From the NCBI GenBank assembly GCA_040081265.1, contig JBEBGV010000005.1, positions 40,358 to 104,357 on the forward strand: a DNA stretch of 64,000 nt, given 5' to 3'. How positions within the stretch are numbered: position 1 is the first letter of the stretch; every line of letters begins with the position of its first letter. Origin of the DNA: Vicinamibacterales bacterium (GTDB lineage Bacteria; Acidobacteriota; Vicinamibacteria; Vicinamibacterales; UBA2999). This document shows positions 51,619-61,180 of the stretch, piece after piece. The translations under genes and the position numbers were made by a program. The notes under the pieces are model-generated. The model ran no database searches and was not told the DNA's origin. It saw only the letters and a program-made list of their open reading frames with translations.

Positions 51619-54071
51619 TCGGTCTCCCTGGACGAAGGTGCCATCCGCATACGGAACGGCGTGCTGTTGACAATACCGGATACCAGCGCCGAGAAGCGAT
51701 AGCCATGGGGCTGTGCCTCCCGCAGAATCGAACGAACCGTCGGCTGGTCGGCGGGGGTGAGGCCGCGACCAAGCGCGTAGACAACCAGATTCTCGGTCAT
51801 GGTGCGCACGAACACGTCAGACCGTCGCATCAGCGAGTCCCTCAGCGACACCACCCCATCGACGTTGGTCCCGTCAGAGAGCTGGCTGGTCACGTCGATG
51901 CGTGTGCCGGCGTCGCGGACGCGCCATGCGCCGACGCCGTCGAAGTTCTCCATCGACAGCCCGATCGGGTCCATCAGGCGGTGACAGTTGGCACAGGTCG
52001 GGTTGGCGCGATGTTCAGCCATCCGTTCCTTCATGGTCTTCGGCCGCGGCATGTCGGCGCTTTCCTTGAGCGGCGGCACGTTGGGCGGCGGGGGCGGGGG
52101 TGGTGACCCGAGCAGGTTTTCGAGCACCCACTTGCCGCGCTTCACCGGTGAGGTGCGGTTGGGATGGGACGTCAGCGTCAGGATGCTGCCCTGGCCCAGG
52201 ACACCCTTGCGTGCATCCTGCGTGACGGTCACCCGCCGGAACTGCGAACCGTTAATACCCGGGATTCCGTAGTGCCGAGCCAGCCGACCGTTCACAAACG
52301 TGTAGTCGGCCTTGAGGACGTCGAGCACACTGCGGTCCTCGCGGACGATGCTGCCGAAGAAGAGTTCGGTCTCACGCCTGAATCCCTGTCGCAGGTCATC
52401 GTCAAAGTCGGGAAATTCCATCGGATTGGGTGCGACGCGTTCGAGGTTCCGAAGCTGCAGCCACTGCCCGGCGAAATTCGTGATGAGCGCGTCGGCCTTC
52501 GGGTCGGCGAGCATCCGCTTGACCTGTTCGGGGAACACCGACGGCGATGACAGCCGTCCCTGCTCTGCCAGCGTCAGCAGCTCGTCATCCGGGATGCTGC
52601 TCCACAGAAAGAACGAGAGCCGCGAGGCGAGCTCGACGTCGGTGACGTTATAGGGGCGAGCGAGGGCGAGGCCCGCGCGATCACGTTCGGCCCTGAACAG
52701 AAACGCGGGGTCCGCAAGCACACGACGAATGGCCAGCTGCACGCCCCGGTCGAACGTGCCCTGGCGACGGCCGACGTCATAGAACCCCATCAGCGTCGCC
52801 ACTTCGGTCGCCGGCACAGGGCGCCTGAATGCTCTCCGGGCGATCGTTGAGACGATGGTCGTCGCGCAGCGACGTTCCTCGGAGGGACGCTGCGGCGTGC
52901 AGGTGAAGATGCGCCGCCGGCTGGCTGTATCGCCGGGCCCGGTTGCCTTGAAGGGCCCGCTGACCATCACAACGTCGATACGCGGGACGCCATCGGAATC
53001 CACCGAATCGGTGTTCCCGAGCAGCGGCCGATAGAGCGCCATGTTGCGCGCACCGGTCTTTTCGATGAAGGTCACGCCAAGGGTGTGCGCCCCGGCCTTG
53101 ATGGGTACTCGCGCCGAGAGGCGCGCGTCAAAGCTGTCGGCCGACGCCGGATTGGACAGCAGCCGGGTCCAGTCCTCCTGCCCGCCCACGCTGGTGGCGA
53201 ATACGCGTTCACCATCAATGCTGAACTCGACCTGATGAGCGGCCGAGAGTCCACGGGTGAAGCCGTTGTTGGTGCGCCACAGCTTGGCGGAAATCACATA
53301 CTCGCCGTCGAGCGGGAAATTGCGACGAACCATGACGCCGCCGCGCGTGCCGAGCGGCAGGCCTTCGATGTGCTCGAGCTGCTGGCTGTCACCGCGCGCG
53401 GGGTAGGTTTCGGTGGCCGCGGTGATGTCAGGGTCGCCTACCGCCAGCGCGCTGATGCGATCGGCCGCCGCCATGTAGCGTTCGAGCAGCACAGGCGAGA
53501 CACCGAGGGCATCCGCGATGTTGTCGAAACCGTGGCTCAACTCGTCGGGCGGCAGCAGGGTCCTCACCGGAACCTCGAGCGCCAGCAGATCCCTGATGGC
53601 GTTGCCATACTCGGCACGATTCAGCCGATGAAGGACGGGACGGCCGGGATCCGGCCTCGACAGCGCCGCCCGGTCAAGCGACGTCGACAGATAACCCGTC
53701 AGCCCCGCCAGCACAGGCGCCTCAGGCCGAGGGACGCCTACCGGGGGCATGGCGCCGGCACTGACCTTCCGGATGACCTTCTCCCAGACCTCCGCGTGAG
53801 CGGTCGGGTTGGCAACATCAGCCGTCTGGAGCGACAGGCCCGCCGTCGGAGTGCGGTCGTTATGGCAAGTGACACAGTACCGGTCAACCAGGGCGCGTGC
53901 CGAGGTGGCATCGACTGCCGCGGCCGGAGTGGCAGCCGGCGCAACCGGAGGCGCCTGCGCCTCTGGAACGACCGACACGGCTACCGACCAGACTGCAAAA
54001 GTGATCACGACAACCCGCCCAATCCGGGTTGTGAGAAGACGTGCGTTTAGCATGCGGGCGCCATTTTGCAT
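51615..54071 (-). CDS. Cytochrome c / DUF1587-DUF1592-DUF1588 (PSD-type) protein
   Basis: YCVTCH, RLNRAEY.NAIRDLL, GFDNIA, ELASRLSFFLWSSIPDDELL, TSPVKRGKWV, CANCH, ENFD. Confidence 0.9.
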   Translation of the reverse strand: MQNGARMLNARLLTTRIGRVVVITFAVWSVAVSVVPEAQAPPVAPAATPAAAVDATSARALVDRYCVTCHNDRTPTAGLSLQTADVANPTAHAEVWEKVIRKVSAGAMPPVGVPRPEAPVLAGLTGYLSTSLDRAALSRPDPGRPVLHRLNRAEYGNAIRDLLALEVPVRTLLPPDELSHGFDNIADALGVSPVLLERYMAAADRISALAVGDPDITAATETYPARGDSQQLEHIEGLPLGTRGGVMVRRNFPLDGEYVISAKLWRTNNGFTRGLSAAHQVEFSIDGERVFATSVGGQEDWTRLLSNPASADSFDARLSARVPIKAGAHTLGVTFIEKTGARNMALYRPLLGNTDSVDSDGVPRIDVVMVSGPFKATGPGDTASRRRIFTCTPQRPSEERRCATTIVSTIARRAFRRPVPATEVATLMGFYDVGRRQGTFDRGVQLAIRRVLADPAFLFRAERDRAGLALARPYNVTDVELASRLSFFLWSSIPDDELLTLAEQGRLSSPSVFPEQVKRMLADPKADALITNFAGQWLQLRNLERVAPNPMEFPDFDDDLRQGFRRETELFFGSIVREDRSVLDVLKADYTFVNGRLARHYGIPGINGSQFRRVTVTQDARKGVLGQGSILTLTSHPNRTSPVKRGKWVLENLLGSPPPPPPPNVPPLKESADMPRPKTMKERMAEHRANPTCANCHRLMDPIGLSMENFDGVGAWRVRDAGTRIDVTSQLSDGTNVDGVVSLRDSLMRRSDVFVRTMTENLVVYALGRGLTPADQPTVRSILREAQPHGYRFSALVSGIVNSTPFRMRMAPSSRETE

Positions 54072-54189
54072 CGAACGCCGACCCGAAGTCTTGAGGCGGG
54101 ATTGTGGGAACGCTGATCAAAGGGTGATGGGCGTCTGAAAGGTGCCCGAGAGCCTCCGGAAGCGGTTGGCTGTGCTAGAGTGCCCGGTC

Positions 54190-56325
54190 GTGCCCTCGGA
54201 GCTCGATCCCGTCTATCTCTTTGGCCCATTTCGGGTTTCAGTCGCGTCGCTGGAGCTGTTCAGGGACGGACAGCCCCTGTCTCTCCCACCCAAGACATTC
54301 GACACCCTGGTTCTCCTGCTGACCCATCACCAGCGGGTGGTCACCAAGGAAGAACTGCTCAAGTCGGTCTGGCGCGAGGCGTTCGTGTCTGACGACAGCC
54401 TCAGTCAGTGCATCTCCGGCCTGCGCAAGGCGTTGGGCGACGACCCCAATCAGCCGCAATTCATCGCCACGATCCCTCGACGGGGCTACCGGTTCATCGG
54501 CCCCGTCCGGGTGGAGGGTGCATCCGCACCGGCTGAAGCGACCCCAACGCCTGCTCCGCCCGGCCCGGTGGCCCTTCCGCCCCCTGCCGGCCAGGCGGGC
54601 GCGCCGGCGGTTCTGAGGCGCCTGTCGCCGTGGCCGTTTCTCGTAACGGCCCTCGCGTCCCTCGGCGTGGGTGTCGCGCTGACGCTGTGGCTGGCGGAAA
54701 AGCCGGAGCGACCGTTAAGACTGAACCTCCAGCCGCCGATCGGCACCTCCCTCTCGTCAGGAGCGGTACTGTCGCCCGATGGTACGCGCGCCGCCTACGT
54801 TGCCGAGGAGGGTCGCAGCGGAAGACGACAGCTGTGGGTGGCCGCGCTCGAGGGCGGCGAACCACGGGTCCTTCCCGATACCGACGGAGCCGACCAGCCC
54901 TTCTGGTCACCAGATTCACGCGCACTCGGATTTTTTGCCGGCGGAGCGTTGAAAACCGTTCCAGTTGATTCGGGCGCCGCACAGACCATCGCCACGCTTG
55001 GGTTTGTACCGGCCGGTGCGTCGTGGAGTGACAGCGGCACCATTGCCTTCGCGAGCTTCCGGTCCGCTATCCACAGCATTGCCGCCACGGGTGGGCGCAT
55101 CTCCAGCCTCAGCACCATTGACACCGCACAAGGAGACCTGGCCCACGAGTGGCCACACTTCCTGCCGGGCGGCACGCAGTTCCTCTTCACGATTGATTCG
55201 GCCAACCCCGATCGCGCCGGTACCTACGTCGCGAGCGTGAGTGGAGGTGAGCCCCGGCGTCTGGTGCCAGACCCGCACGGCATCTACGCCGCCCCGGGTT
55301 ATCTCGTGTTCGTCCGTGACCGCGCGCTCATGGCCCAGCGCTTCGATCCCGCCCGACTCACCCTCTCAGGCACGCCAGCCACTGTTGTCGGCAGCGTCTC
55401 TGCACCGAGCCTGCGCAATGACGCCACGATCAGCGCGTCCACAGGCCTCCTCACCTTCGGCGGCGCGTCAGGTGGGGGTCGTTTGGTGTGGATCGATCGG
55501 AACGGGCAGCAGGTCGGCGTGGTCAACGCGCCGGGAGAATTCCATAACCCCGCCCTGATGTCCGACGGCCAGCGCGTGCTCGTGGACGGCAACGGCGTGT
55601 GGGCCGCCGATCTCTACCGAGGGACGGCGACGCGACTGGTTCAGGATGGCAGCATGCCGATTCCCTCACCCGATGGCACCATGCTCCTGTTCAATGCCGT
55701 TCGCGAGAGCGGCATCGCAGACCTGTACGTGCGCGCCATCGACGGCACCAACGACGAACTCCTGTTCCACTCGACCGAAAATGTCCTGCCCAACGACTGG
55801 ACGCGTGACGGCCAGTTCATCGTCTATGTGTCGCGCAATCCGGAGCGGGGGCGGGACATCTGGCTCCTGCCGATGCAGGCGCCCCGCACCCCTGTGCCGT
55901 TCGCGCGCGGGCGCGCCAACGAGATTCAGGCCCAGGTGTCTCCAGATGGAAAGTGGATCGCCTATGCCTCGGATGAGTCGGGCGCGTACGAGGTCTATGT
56001 CGAAGCCTTCCCCAAAGGCGGCAGCAAGCGGGCTGTCTCGTCCGGGGGTGGCGCCAAGCCACAGTGGCGCGCAGACGGGCGCGAGCTGTTCTATCTTTCA
56101 GTGGACCGCCTGCTGATGGCGGCGCCGGTCGATGAGTTCGGCGAGATTGCAAAGCCCCAGGAGCTGTTTCAGGCACCGGTCGTCGCCGACCTCAGCACCT
56201 ATCGGAGCCAGTTCGTGCCGAGTCATGACGGGCAGCGCTTCCTTGTCGACGCTGCCGATCCCGCCAGCAGCCGGGAGCCCATCACGGTGCTCGTGAACTG
56301 GACGGGACTGGTCGCGGGACGGTAG
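54190..56325 (+). CDS. Membrane-spanning regulator: winged-helix DBD, TM helix, TolB/PD40 propellers
   Basis: FGPFRV, VTKEELLKSVW, IATIPRRGYRF, Pro-rich linker, TM, WSPD repeats; probable GTG start at 54190. Confidence 0.9.
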   Translation: MPSELDPVYLFGPFRVSVASLELFRDGQPLSLPPKTFDTLVLLLTHHQRVVTKEELLKSVWREAFVSDDSLSQCISGLRKALGDDPNQPQFIATIPRRGYRFIGPVRVEGASAPAEATPTPAPPGPVALPPPAGQAGAPAVLRRLSPWPFLVTALASLGVGVALTLWLAEKPERPLRLNLQPPIGTSLSSGAVLSPDGTRAAYVAEEGRSGRRQLWVAALEGGEPRVLPDTDGADQPFWSPDSRALGFFAGGALKTVPVDSGAAQTIATLGFVPAGASWSDSGTIAFASFRSAIHSIAATGGRISSLSTIDTAQGDLAHEWPHFLPGGTQFLFTIDSANPDRAGTYVASVSGGEPRRLVPDPHGIYAAPGYLVFVRDRALMAQRFDPARLTLSGTPATVVGSVSAPSLRNDATISASTGLLTFGGASGGGRLVWIDRNGQQVGVVNAPGEFHNPALMSDGQRVLVDGNGVWAADLYRGTATRLVQDGSMPIPSPDGTMLLFNAVRESGIADLYVRAIDGTNDELLFHSTENVLPNDWTRDGQFIVYVSRNPERGRDIWLLPMQAPRTPVPFARGRANEIQAQVSPDGKWIAYASDESGAYEVYVEAFPKGGSKRAVSSGGGAKPQWRADGRELFYLSVDRLLMAAPVDEFGEIAKPQELFQAPVVADLSTYRSQFVPSHDGQRFLVDAADPASSREPITVLVNWTGLVAGR

Positions 56326-56358
56326 GTAGTGGGTGGTGGGTAGTGGGTGGTGGGTAGT
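56326..56358 (+). repeat. Heptamer tandem repeat forming a G3N4G3N4G3N4G3 motif
   Basis: GTAGT-GGG-TGGT-GGG-TAGT-GGG-TGGT-GGG-TAGT. Confidence 0.8.
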
Positions 56359-56378
56359 TACTAGTCGGGGCGTGATCT

Positions 56379-58088
56379 ATGTGGGGAACAAATACCAGAT
56401 TCTGGAAGGTCGCTGAAGCGGCCGGGGACAGCAACGCGTTCGGCAGCGCTTTCTTTACCGGGGCACCGGGTCGCGAGCTGTATTTCTCGCCGTCCGAACA
56501 CATGAATCTCTTCCTGTTCGACGAAGAGACCGCGCGTGACCTCGCGATGATGCCCGAGCGGAAGAGCGCGCATGAGCGCCGTCACTTCGCTGCGGCGTTC
56601 GATCCCGCCCGGCGGACGCTGTTCGAACACCGCGGACTCATCGACCTGGTCGTCACCCAGCCGCCGGATCGCGTCATCTCGTCCTATGCGCGCGACATGC
56701 TGACGCGGGCCGTGCTGTTGCCCGAGCGCACTCCGGAAGGCGTTGAAGACCGCCAGCGCATGATTCGCGCCCTGCAGGACAAGGCCAGGCGCCAGCGTCT
56801 CGATGACTTCTTCGCCAACGCCAGCCTCGACCGTCGCACGGAGGGCGGGACCGAGTCGTTCCTCGACACGTTCTCGACGATGATCGCCAGCCGCCACCAG
56901 GTGATTGGCGAGGCCGAGTATGCCTCAGCCAGGAACGTGGCGCGAATCGTCCGCGAGCTGGGCGCCGACCCTCTGACCCATTCGATCTATTCCTATCTCC
57001 GGGAAGAGTGTTCAGACGGCATCTTCACGCTGAACGAGCTCATCGCCGCGCGCCGGATGACATTCAAGCTGTCGGGAGGATTCACCGCCGGCACGGCCGA
57101 GTGGGACAGCGTGCCTGAGCCGGTCGCGCAGGACCGCATCGCCATCAGCCGCGTTCCACCGCCTGAGGACGAACGGATTGAACTCGACGCGCTGCGGACA
57201 GCGTTCATCACGACGATGCTCAGGAGCTATCAGCACAAGTACCAGCCCGACGCCACGATCATCCTCAAGAACCTCGGCATGCTCGAAGCGCTGGTGCACT
57301 ACGTGAACTTCACGGAGCGCGACCCGCAGCCGTGGTGCCTGCCTGAGATGGTCGAGAGCCGAGAACCCTTCATCGAGCTCTACAACTATCGCCATCCGAT
57401 GTTCCTCGATGCCGGTGTCGTGCAGGATCGTCTGGTCGTGGGGCCAGACACCCTCATCAACGTGCTGACCGGCGCCAACAGCGGCGGCAAGACGCAACAG
57501 CTCAGGACCCTGGCCCAGTTGATCACGCTCGCGCACGCCGGTCTTCCGATCCCCGCCGAACGGGCACGCATGTCCATCGCCTGGTCGCTGCACAGCAACT
57601 TCGGCGGAAAGGACGACTCCGCCAAGGGACGCTACGAGAAGTCGCTGACACGGTGGATGGACGACATCCTCACGAAGATCAGCCGTTCAGTCGTGTTCTC
57701 CGATGAGTCCAACGACGGCACCTTCGTCAACACCGGCGTGACACACACGATCCAGGCGCTCAACACTCTGTCGCGTCGCAAGGTCGTGACCTTCCTGACC
57801 ACTCACTACCATGAGATCGCTGACCGCCTGGCTGTTGACGTGCCGCACGCCAGAAACCTCCACGTCGTGTCGGGCAAGAAGGCCGACGGAACGTTGAGCC
57901 ACAGCTACACCATCGCCGAGGGCCACGACCCGAACAGCTACGGCGACGAGACCGCCATCGCCGTCGGCTTCACGCCAGACAACCTCGAACGCATCGCCAG
58001 GCTCGACATCCCGGATACGCGACCGGGAATCTCAACCGAGCGCGGAGAACACGTGCTGTTCGAGGCTCCAGCCAGGGGCACACACTGA
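56379..58088 (+). CDS. MutS-related ATPase (domain V) with unrecognised N-terminus
   Basis: RHP, LTGANSGGKT, LAHAGLPIPA, VFSDESNDGT, TTHYHE, YTIAEG..SYG...AIAVG. Confidence 0.8.
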   Translation: MWGTNTRFWKVAEAAGDSNAFGSAFFTGAPGRELYFSPSEHMNLFLFDEETARDLAMMPERKSAHERRHFAAAFDPARRTLFEHRGLIDLVVTQPPDRVISSYARDMLTRAVLLPERTPEGVEDRQRMIRALQDKARRQRLDDFFANASLDRRTEGGTESFLDTFSTMIASRHQVIGEAEYASARNVARIVRELGADPLTHSIYSYLREECSDGIFTLNELIAARRMTFKLSGGFTAGTAEWDSVPEPVAQDRIAISRVPPPEDERIELDALRTAFITTMLRSYQHKYQPDATIILKNLGMLEALVHYVNFTERDPQPWCLPEMVESREPFIELYNYRHPMFLDAGVVQDRLVVGPDTLINVLTGANSGGKTQQLRTLAQLITLAHAGLPIPAERARMSIAWSLHSNFGGKDDSAKGRYEKSLTRWMDDILTKISRSVVFSDESNDGTFVNTGVTHTIQALNTLSRRKVVTFLTTHYHEIADRLAVDVPHARNLHVVSGKKADGTLSHSYTIAEGHDPNSYGDETAIAVGFTPDNLERIARLDIPDTRPGISTERGEHVLFEAPARGTH

Positions 58089-60278
58089 GTGGCACGGCTG
58101 CTGCTCTGGCTGCTGACGCACACCGTCTATCGCCTCCGCAAGGAGGGCGTCGATGGTGTGCCGTCACAGGGAGCAGCGCTTCTCATCTGCAACCACATCT
58201 CGTTTGTCGACCCGCTGCTGGTCGCCGCCTGCGTGCGTCGGCCGGTGCGCTTCCTCGTCTACCGCGCGTACTACGAGCACCCCGCGCTCAACTGGCTGAT
58301 GCGCCTGATCGGTGCGATTCCCACCTCCGGGGGCTCGCGGGCTGAGGTCGTCGCCTCCCTCGATGGCGCGCGCGACGCGCTCCGACGGGGTGACCTGGTG
58401 TGCATCTTCGCCGAAGGGTCGGTCAGCCGAACCGGCAACCTGCTGCCGTTCAAGCGCGGCTTCGAACACATCGCCAAGGGCATGGACGTCCCGATCCTCC
58501 CCGTCTACCTGGACCGGGTCTGGGGCAGCATCTTCAGCTTCAAGGGCGGGCGATTCTTCTGGAAGGTGCCGTCACGGCTTCCCTTCCCCGTCACCGTATC
58601 GTTTGGGCGCCAGCTGCCCGGCCACACCAGGGCGAGCGACGCACGACTCGCGCTGATGGAACTCGGTGCCGATGTGGCAGCGAGGCGTCACGACATCCAC
58701 GAGACCCTGAGCTGGCACTTTGCGCGGACCGCTCGGCGACGGTGGTTCAGGCTGGCCATGGCCGACTCCACGGGCCGAACCCTGACGTATGGCCGCGCCC
58801 TCATCGCTTCGCTGCTGCTCGCACGATGGCTGCAACGCGCAACCACCGGTCAGCCGGCCATCGGATTGCTGCTGCCGTCTTCTGTCGGCGGAGCCCTCGC
58901 CAACATTGCCACCGCTCTGTCCGGCAAGGTCTCGGTGAACCTGAACTTCACCGCGGGGTCAGAAGCCATGGCCCACGCCATCGCGCAATGCGGCATCAAG
59001 ACCATCGTGACGTCGCGACAGTTTCTCCAGAAAGCCTCGCTTCCGACGCTTCCGGGCATGGTCTATCTGGAAGACATCCTGCCCGCCGTCATGACGACGG
59101 GCGGGAAACTCTCGGCTCTCGTGCAGGCGCTGTTTCTCCCCGCGTCGGTGCTGATTCGCACCGCCGGAGCCGCGGCGGTCAGCGCCGACGACACGGCGAC
59201 AGTGATTTTCTCGAGCGGCAGCACTGGCATCCCGAAGGGCGTGGTGCTGACGCATCGCAACATCCTCGCGAACCTCGACGCGGTCGAGCAGGTGGTCGAA
59301 GTCCACGCCGACGATGTGCTGATTGGCGTGCTCCCGTTCTTTCACTCGTTCGGCTTCACGGGAACGCTCTGGTTTCCCCTCCTGGCAGGCTTCGCTGTCG
59401 TCTACCACCCGAATCCGATGGACGCCAAGACGGTCGGTGACCTGGCGGAGCAATACCGCGGCACCATGCTGATCAGCACGCCAACGTTCTGCCTGTCGTA
59501 TGTGCGCAAGTGCCGACCGGAGCAGCTCCAGGGCCTGCGCTATGCGATTGTCGGCGCAGAAAAACTCCGCGAGCCCGTGGCCCAGGCCTTCAAGCAGAAG
59601 TTCGGTGTCGACCTGCTTGAAGGGTATGGCTGCACCGAGATGTCGCCAGTCGTGTGCGCGAACCTCCCGAACATCGACGACCGCGGTGAGCGTCAGGTGG
59701 GATTCAAGCCGGGATCGGTCGGGCACCCTCTCCCCGGCGTCGTCGCCAAGATCGTTGACGTCGATACCGGTGAAGGCCCGCTCATCGGCGTCGAAGGCCT
59801 GCTGCTCGTCAAAGGGCCAAACCGGATGAAGGAGTACCTCGGTGAGCCGGCCCGCACGCGCGAAGCACTGCGCGATGACTGGTATGTGACCGGAGACATC
59901 GGAATCATCGACGAAGACGGATTCATCTACATCACCGACCGCCTCTCGCGTTTCAGCAAGATCGCCGGAGAGATGGTCCCGCACATGAAAGTCGAGGAGT
60001 CGATCATCGCGTTCCTCGCCGAGGGTCATACCGCGGCAGTAACGGCGATTCCGGATGACTCGAAGGGTGAGCGGTTGATTGCGTTCTACACGGACCGCGA
60101 GATGTCGGTCCAGCAGCTCTGGGAGCAGCTGTGCGCCACAGGACTGCCCCGCCTCTGGATCCCCAAGCGGGAAGATCTGCGCTTCATCGAAGCCATTCCC
60201 ACCCTTGGGACGGGCAAGGTGGATCTGCGGGGCGTCAAACACCTCGCGCTGGACAACGGCGAGTCACAGGCCTCGTGA
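58089..60278 (+). CDS. aas: Bifunctional acyltransferase / acyl-ACP synthetase
   Basis: PlsC NHISFVD and FAEG; AMP-binding FSSGSTGIPKG, EGYGCTE, TGDIG, RFSKIAGEMV, GKVD. Confidence 0.88.
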   Translation: MARLLLWLLTHTVYRLRKEGVDGVPSQGAALLICNHISFVDPLLVAACVRRPVRFLVYRAYYEHPALNWLMRLIGAIPTSGGSRAEVVASLDGARDALRRGDLVCIFAEGSVSRTGNLLPFKRGFEHIAKGMDVPILPVYLDRVWGSIFSFKGGRFFWKVPSRLPFPVTVSFGRQLPGHTRASDARLALMELGADVAARRHDIHETLSWHFARTARRRWFRLAMADSTGRTLTYGRALIASLLLARWLQRATTGQPAIGLLLPSSVGGALANIATALSGKVSVNLNFTAGSEAMAHAIAQCGIKTIVTSRQFLQKASLPTLPGMVYLEDILPAVMTTGGKLSALVQALFLPASVLIRTAGAAAVSADDTATVIFSSGSTGIPKGVVLTHRNILANLDAVEQVVEVHADDVLIGVLPFFHSFGFTGTLWFPLLAGFAVVYHPNPMDAKTVGDLAEQYRGTMLISTPTFCLSYVRKCRPEQLQGLRYAIVGAEKLREPVAQAFKQKFGVDLLEGYGCTEMSPVVCANLPNIDDRGERQVGFKPGSVGHPLPGVVAKIVDVDTGEGPLIGVEGLLLVKGPNRMKEYLGEPARTREALRDDWYVTGDIGIIDEDGFIYITDRLSRFSKIAGEMVPHMKVEESIIAFLAEGHTAAVTAIPDDSKGERLIAFYTDREMSVQQLWEQLCATGLPRLWIPKREDLRFIEAIPTLGTGKVDLRGVKHLALDNGESQAS

Positions 60279-60318
60279 CCGATCTGCCGGGCGATGGGTA
60301 GGCTGCGCTCAGGTTGGG

Positions 60319-60723
60319 CTACGTCTGCGGTGCGTGGAGGCGCAGGGGCAGCACACGGCCGTACTTCAAGAAGTCATCGTCGGTCGTCAGGATGGGAAAT
60401 CGGTGTCGCTCCGCCACCGCGCACAGCAGGAAGTCGGTGTTCGAGCCCTGAATCCCCTTCGCGCGACAGAGGTTGAAGCAGTCGGCGGCCCGCTCGTAGT
60501 CGGCAGACGTGATCGGCTCGTCGGGAAACGCTCGCAAGTGATCGCGGAGACGCGCGAAGACCGCCTGGTCGCCAATGCCGCTGAGAAGTTCCTGCCGGAC
60601 CGGGCCGACGATGGCGGCCCGTCCGTGTGCGACGAGGCGGCGAAGTTCGTCCACCGCCGGGTGGGCCGGCGCACGTCGCCGAAGGGCGAGCGACCAGACC
60701 GAGGTGTCGACGAGCACCTTCAT
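60319..60723 (-). CDS. vapC: PIN-domain toxin
   Basis: VLVDTSVW, QELLSG, TDFLL, ILTTDDDF; ATGA overlap with the antitoxin. Confidence 0.92.
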   Translation of the reverse strand: MKVLVDTSVWSLALRRRAPAHPAVDELRRLVAHGRAAIVGPVRQELLSGIGDQAVFARLRDHLRAFPDEPITSADYERAADCFNLCRAKGIQGSNTDFLLCAVAERHRFPILTTDDDFLKYGRVLPLRLHAPQT

Positions 60724-60920
60724 GACCGCCGTCGCTGCTTCTTGTAGTCGTACTTCGGGTCGTAGTCGATCGTCCCGAACAGGTCGGCAATGCGTGCCTG
60801 CTTGCGCCGGCCGATGTACTCCTGCAGCGCCTCGGTCACCGTGTCTTTCTTCGTCGCCTTACCGCCGACTTTCAGGGCCTCTTCGAGGAGCTTGTCGTCG
60901 AGTGCCAGATTCGTCGCCAT
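60720..60920 (-). CDS. vapB: VapB-family antitoxin
   Basis: MATNLALDDKLLEEA..TKKDTVTEALQEY, RHH-like. Confidence 0.9.
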   Translation of the reverse strand: MATNLALDDKLLEEALKVGGKATKKDTVTEALQEYIGRRKQARIADLFGTIDYDPKYDYKKQRRRS

Positions 60921-60950
60921 TCACACACTGTACTACACACCCATGTGTGT
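60921..60950 (-). promoter_or_regulatory. vapBC promoter/operator
   Basis: -10 TACAGT 6 nt before ATG; palindrome ACACAC-CCAT-GTGTGT (60935-60950) plus an extra CACACA half-site. Confidence 0.65.
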
Positions 60951-60972
60951 GGCCTCAGGAGGGAGGCATCGG

Positions 60973-61060
60973 CTTCGTCGATCGGCAAACCGGCGGGTCC
61001 TGTCGGACCCGCCCTACGTGCGATCAACTGCGACAGGTCGTCGCCCTCGATCAGCTCCAT
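60973..61060 (-). pseudogene. Fragment of a Hanks Ser/Thr kinase gene
   Basis: MELIEGDDLSQLIAR...LPIDEA (subdomain V to alphaE); no other kinase motifs nearby. Confidence 0.65.
60992..61017 (-). repeat. GTAG-type REP hairpin
   Basis: Minus strand GTAG + GGCGGGTCC-GACA-GGACCCGCC. Confidence 0.75.
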
Positions 61061-61180
61061 TCTGCGCGGTGACTTCATACGGGCCGATACGGGTGCCGGG
61101 TGTGAGGGCCAGGGTGGCGTGCTTATACGGCCGAGAGGCTCAGGGCGAGTCGCGCCACAGAACTCCCCGGTGGATCCCCA

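Noticed and set aside
58089-60278. aas as a truncated MFS-Aas fusion disrupted by the MutS-like gene
   Set aside because: 729 aa with both domains intact fits stand-alone Aas; no MFS remnant seen upstream.
60298-61017. vapBC as a mobile element bounded by REP-like ends
   Set aside because: The ends are not matching repeats; no transposase or target duplication.
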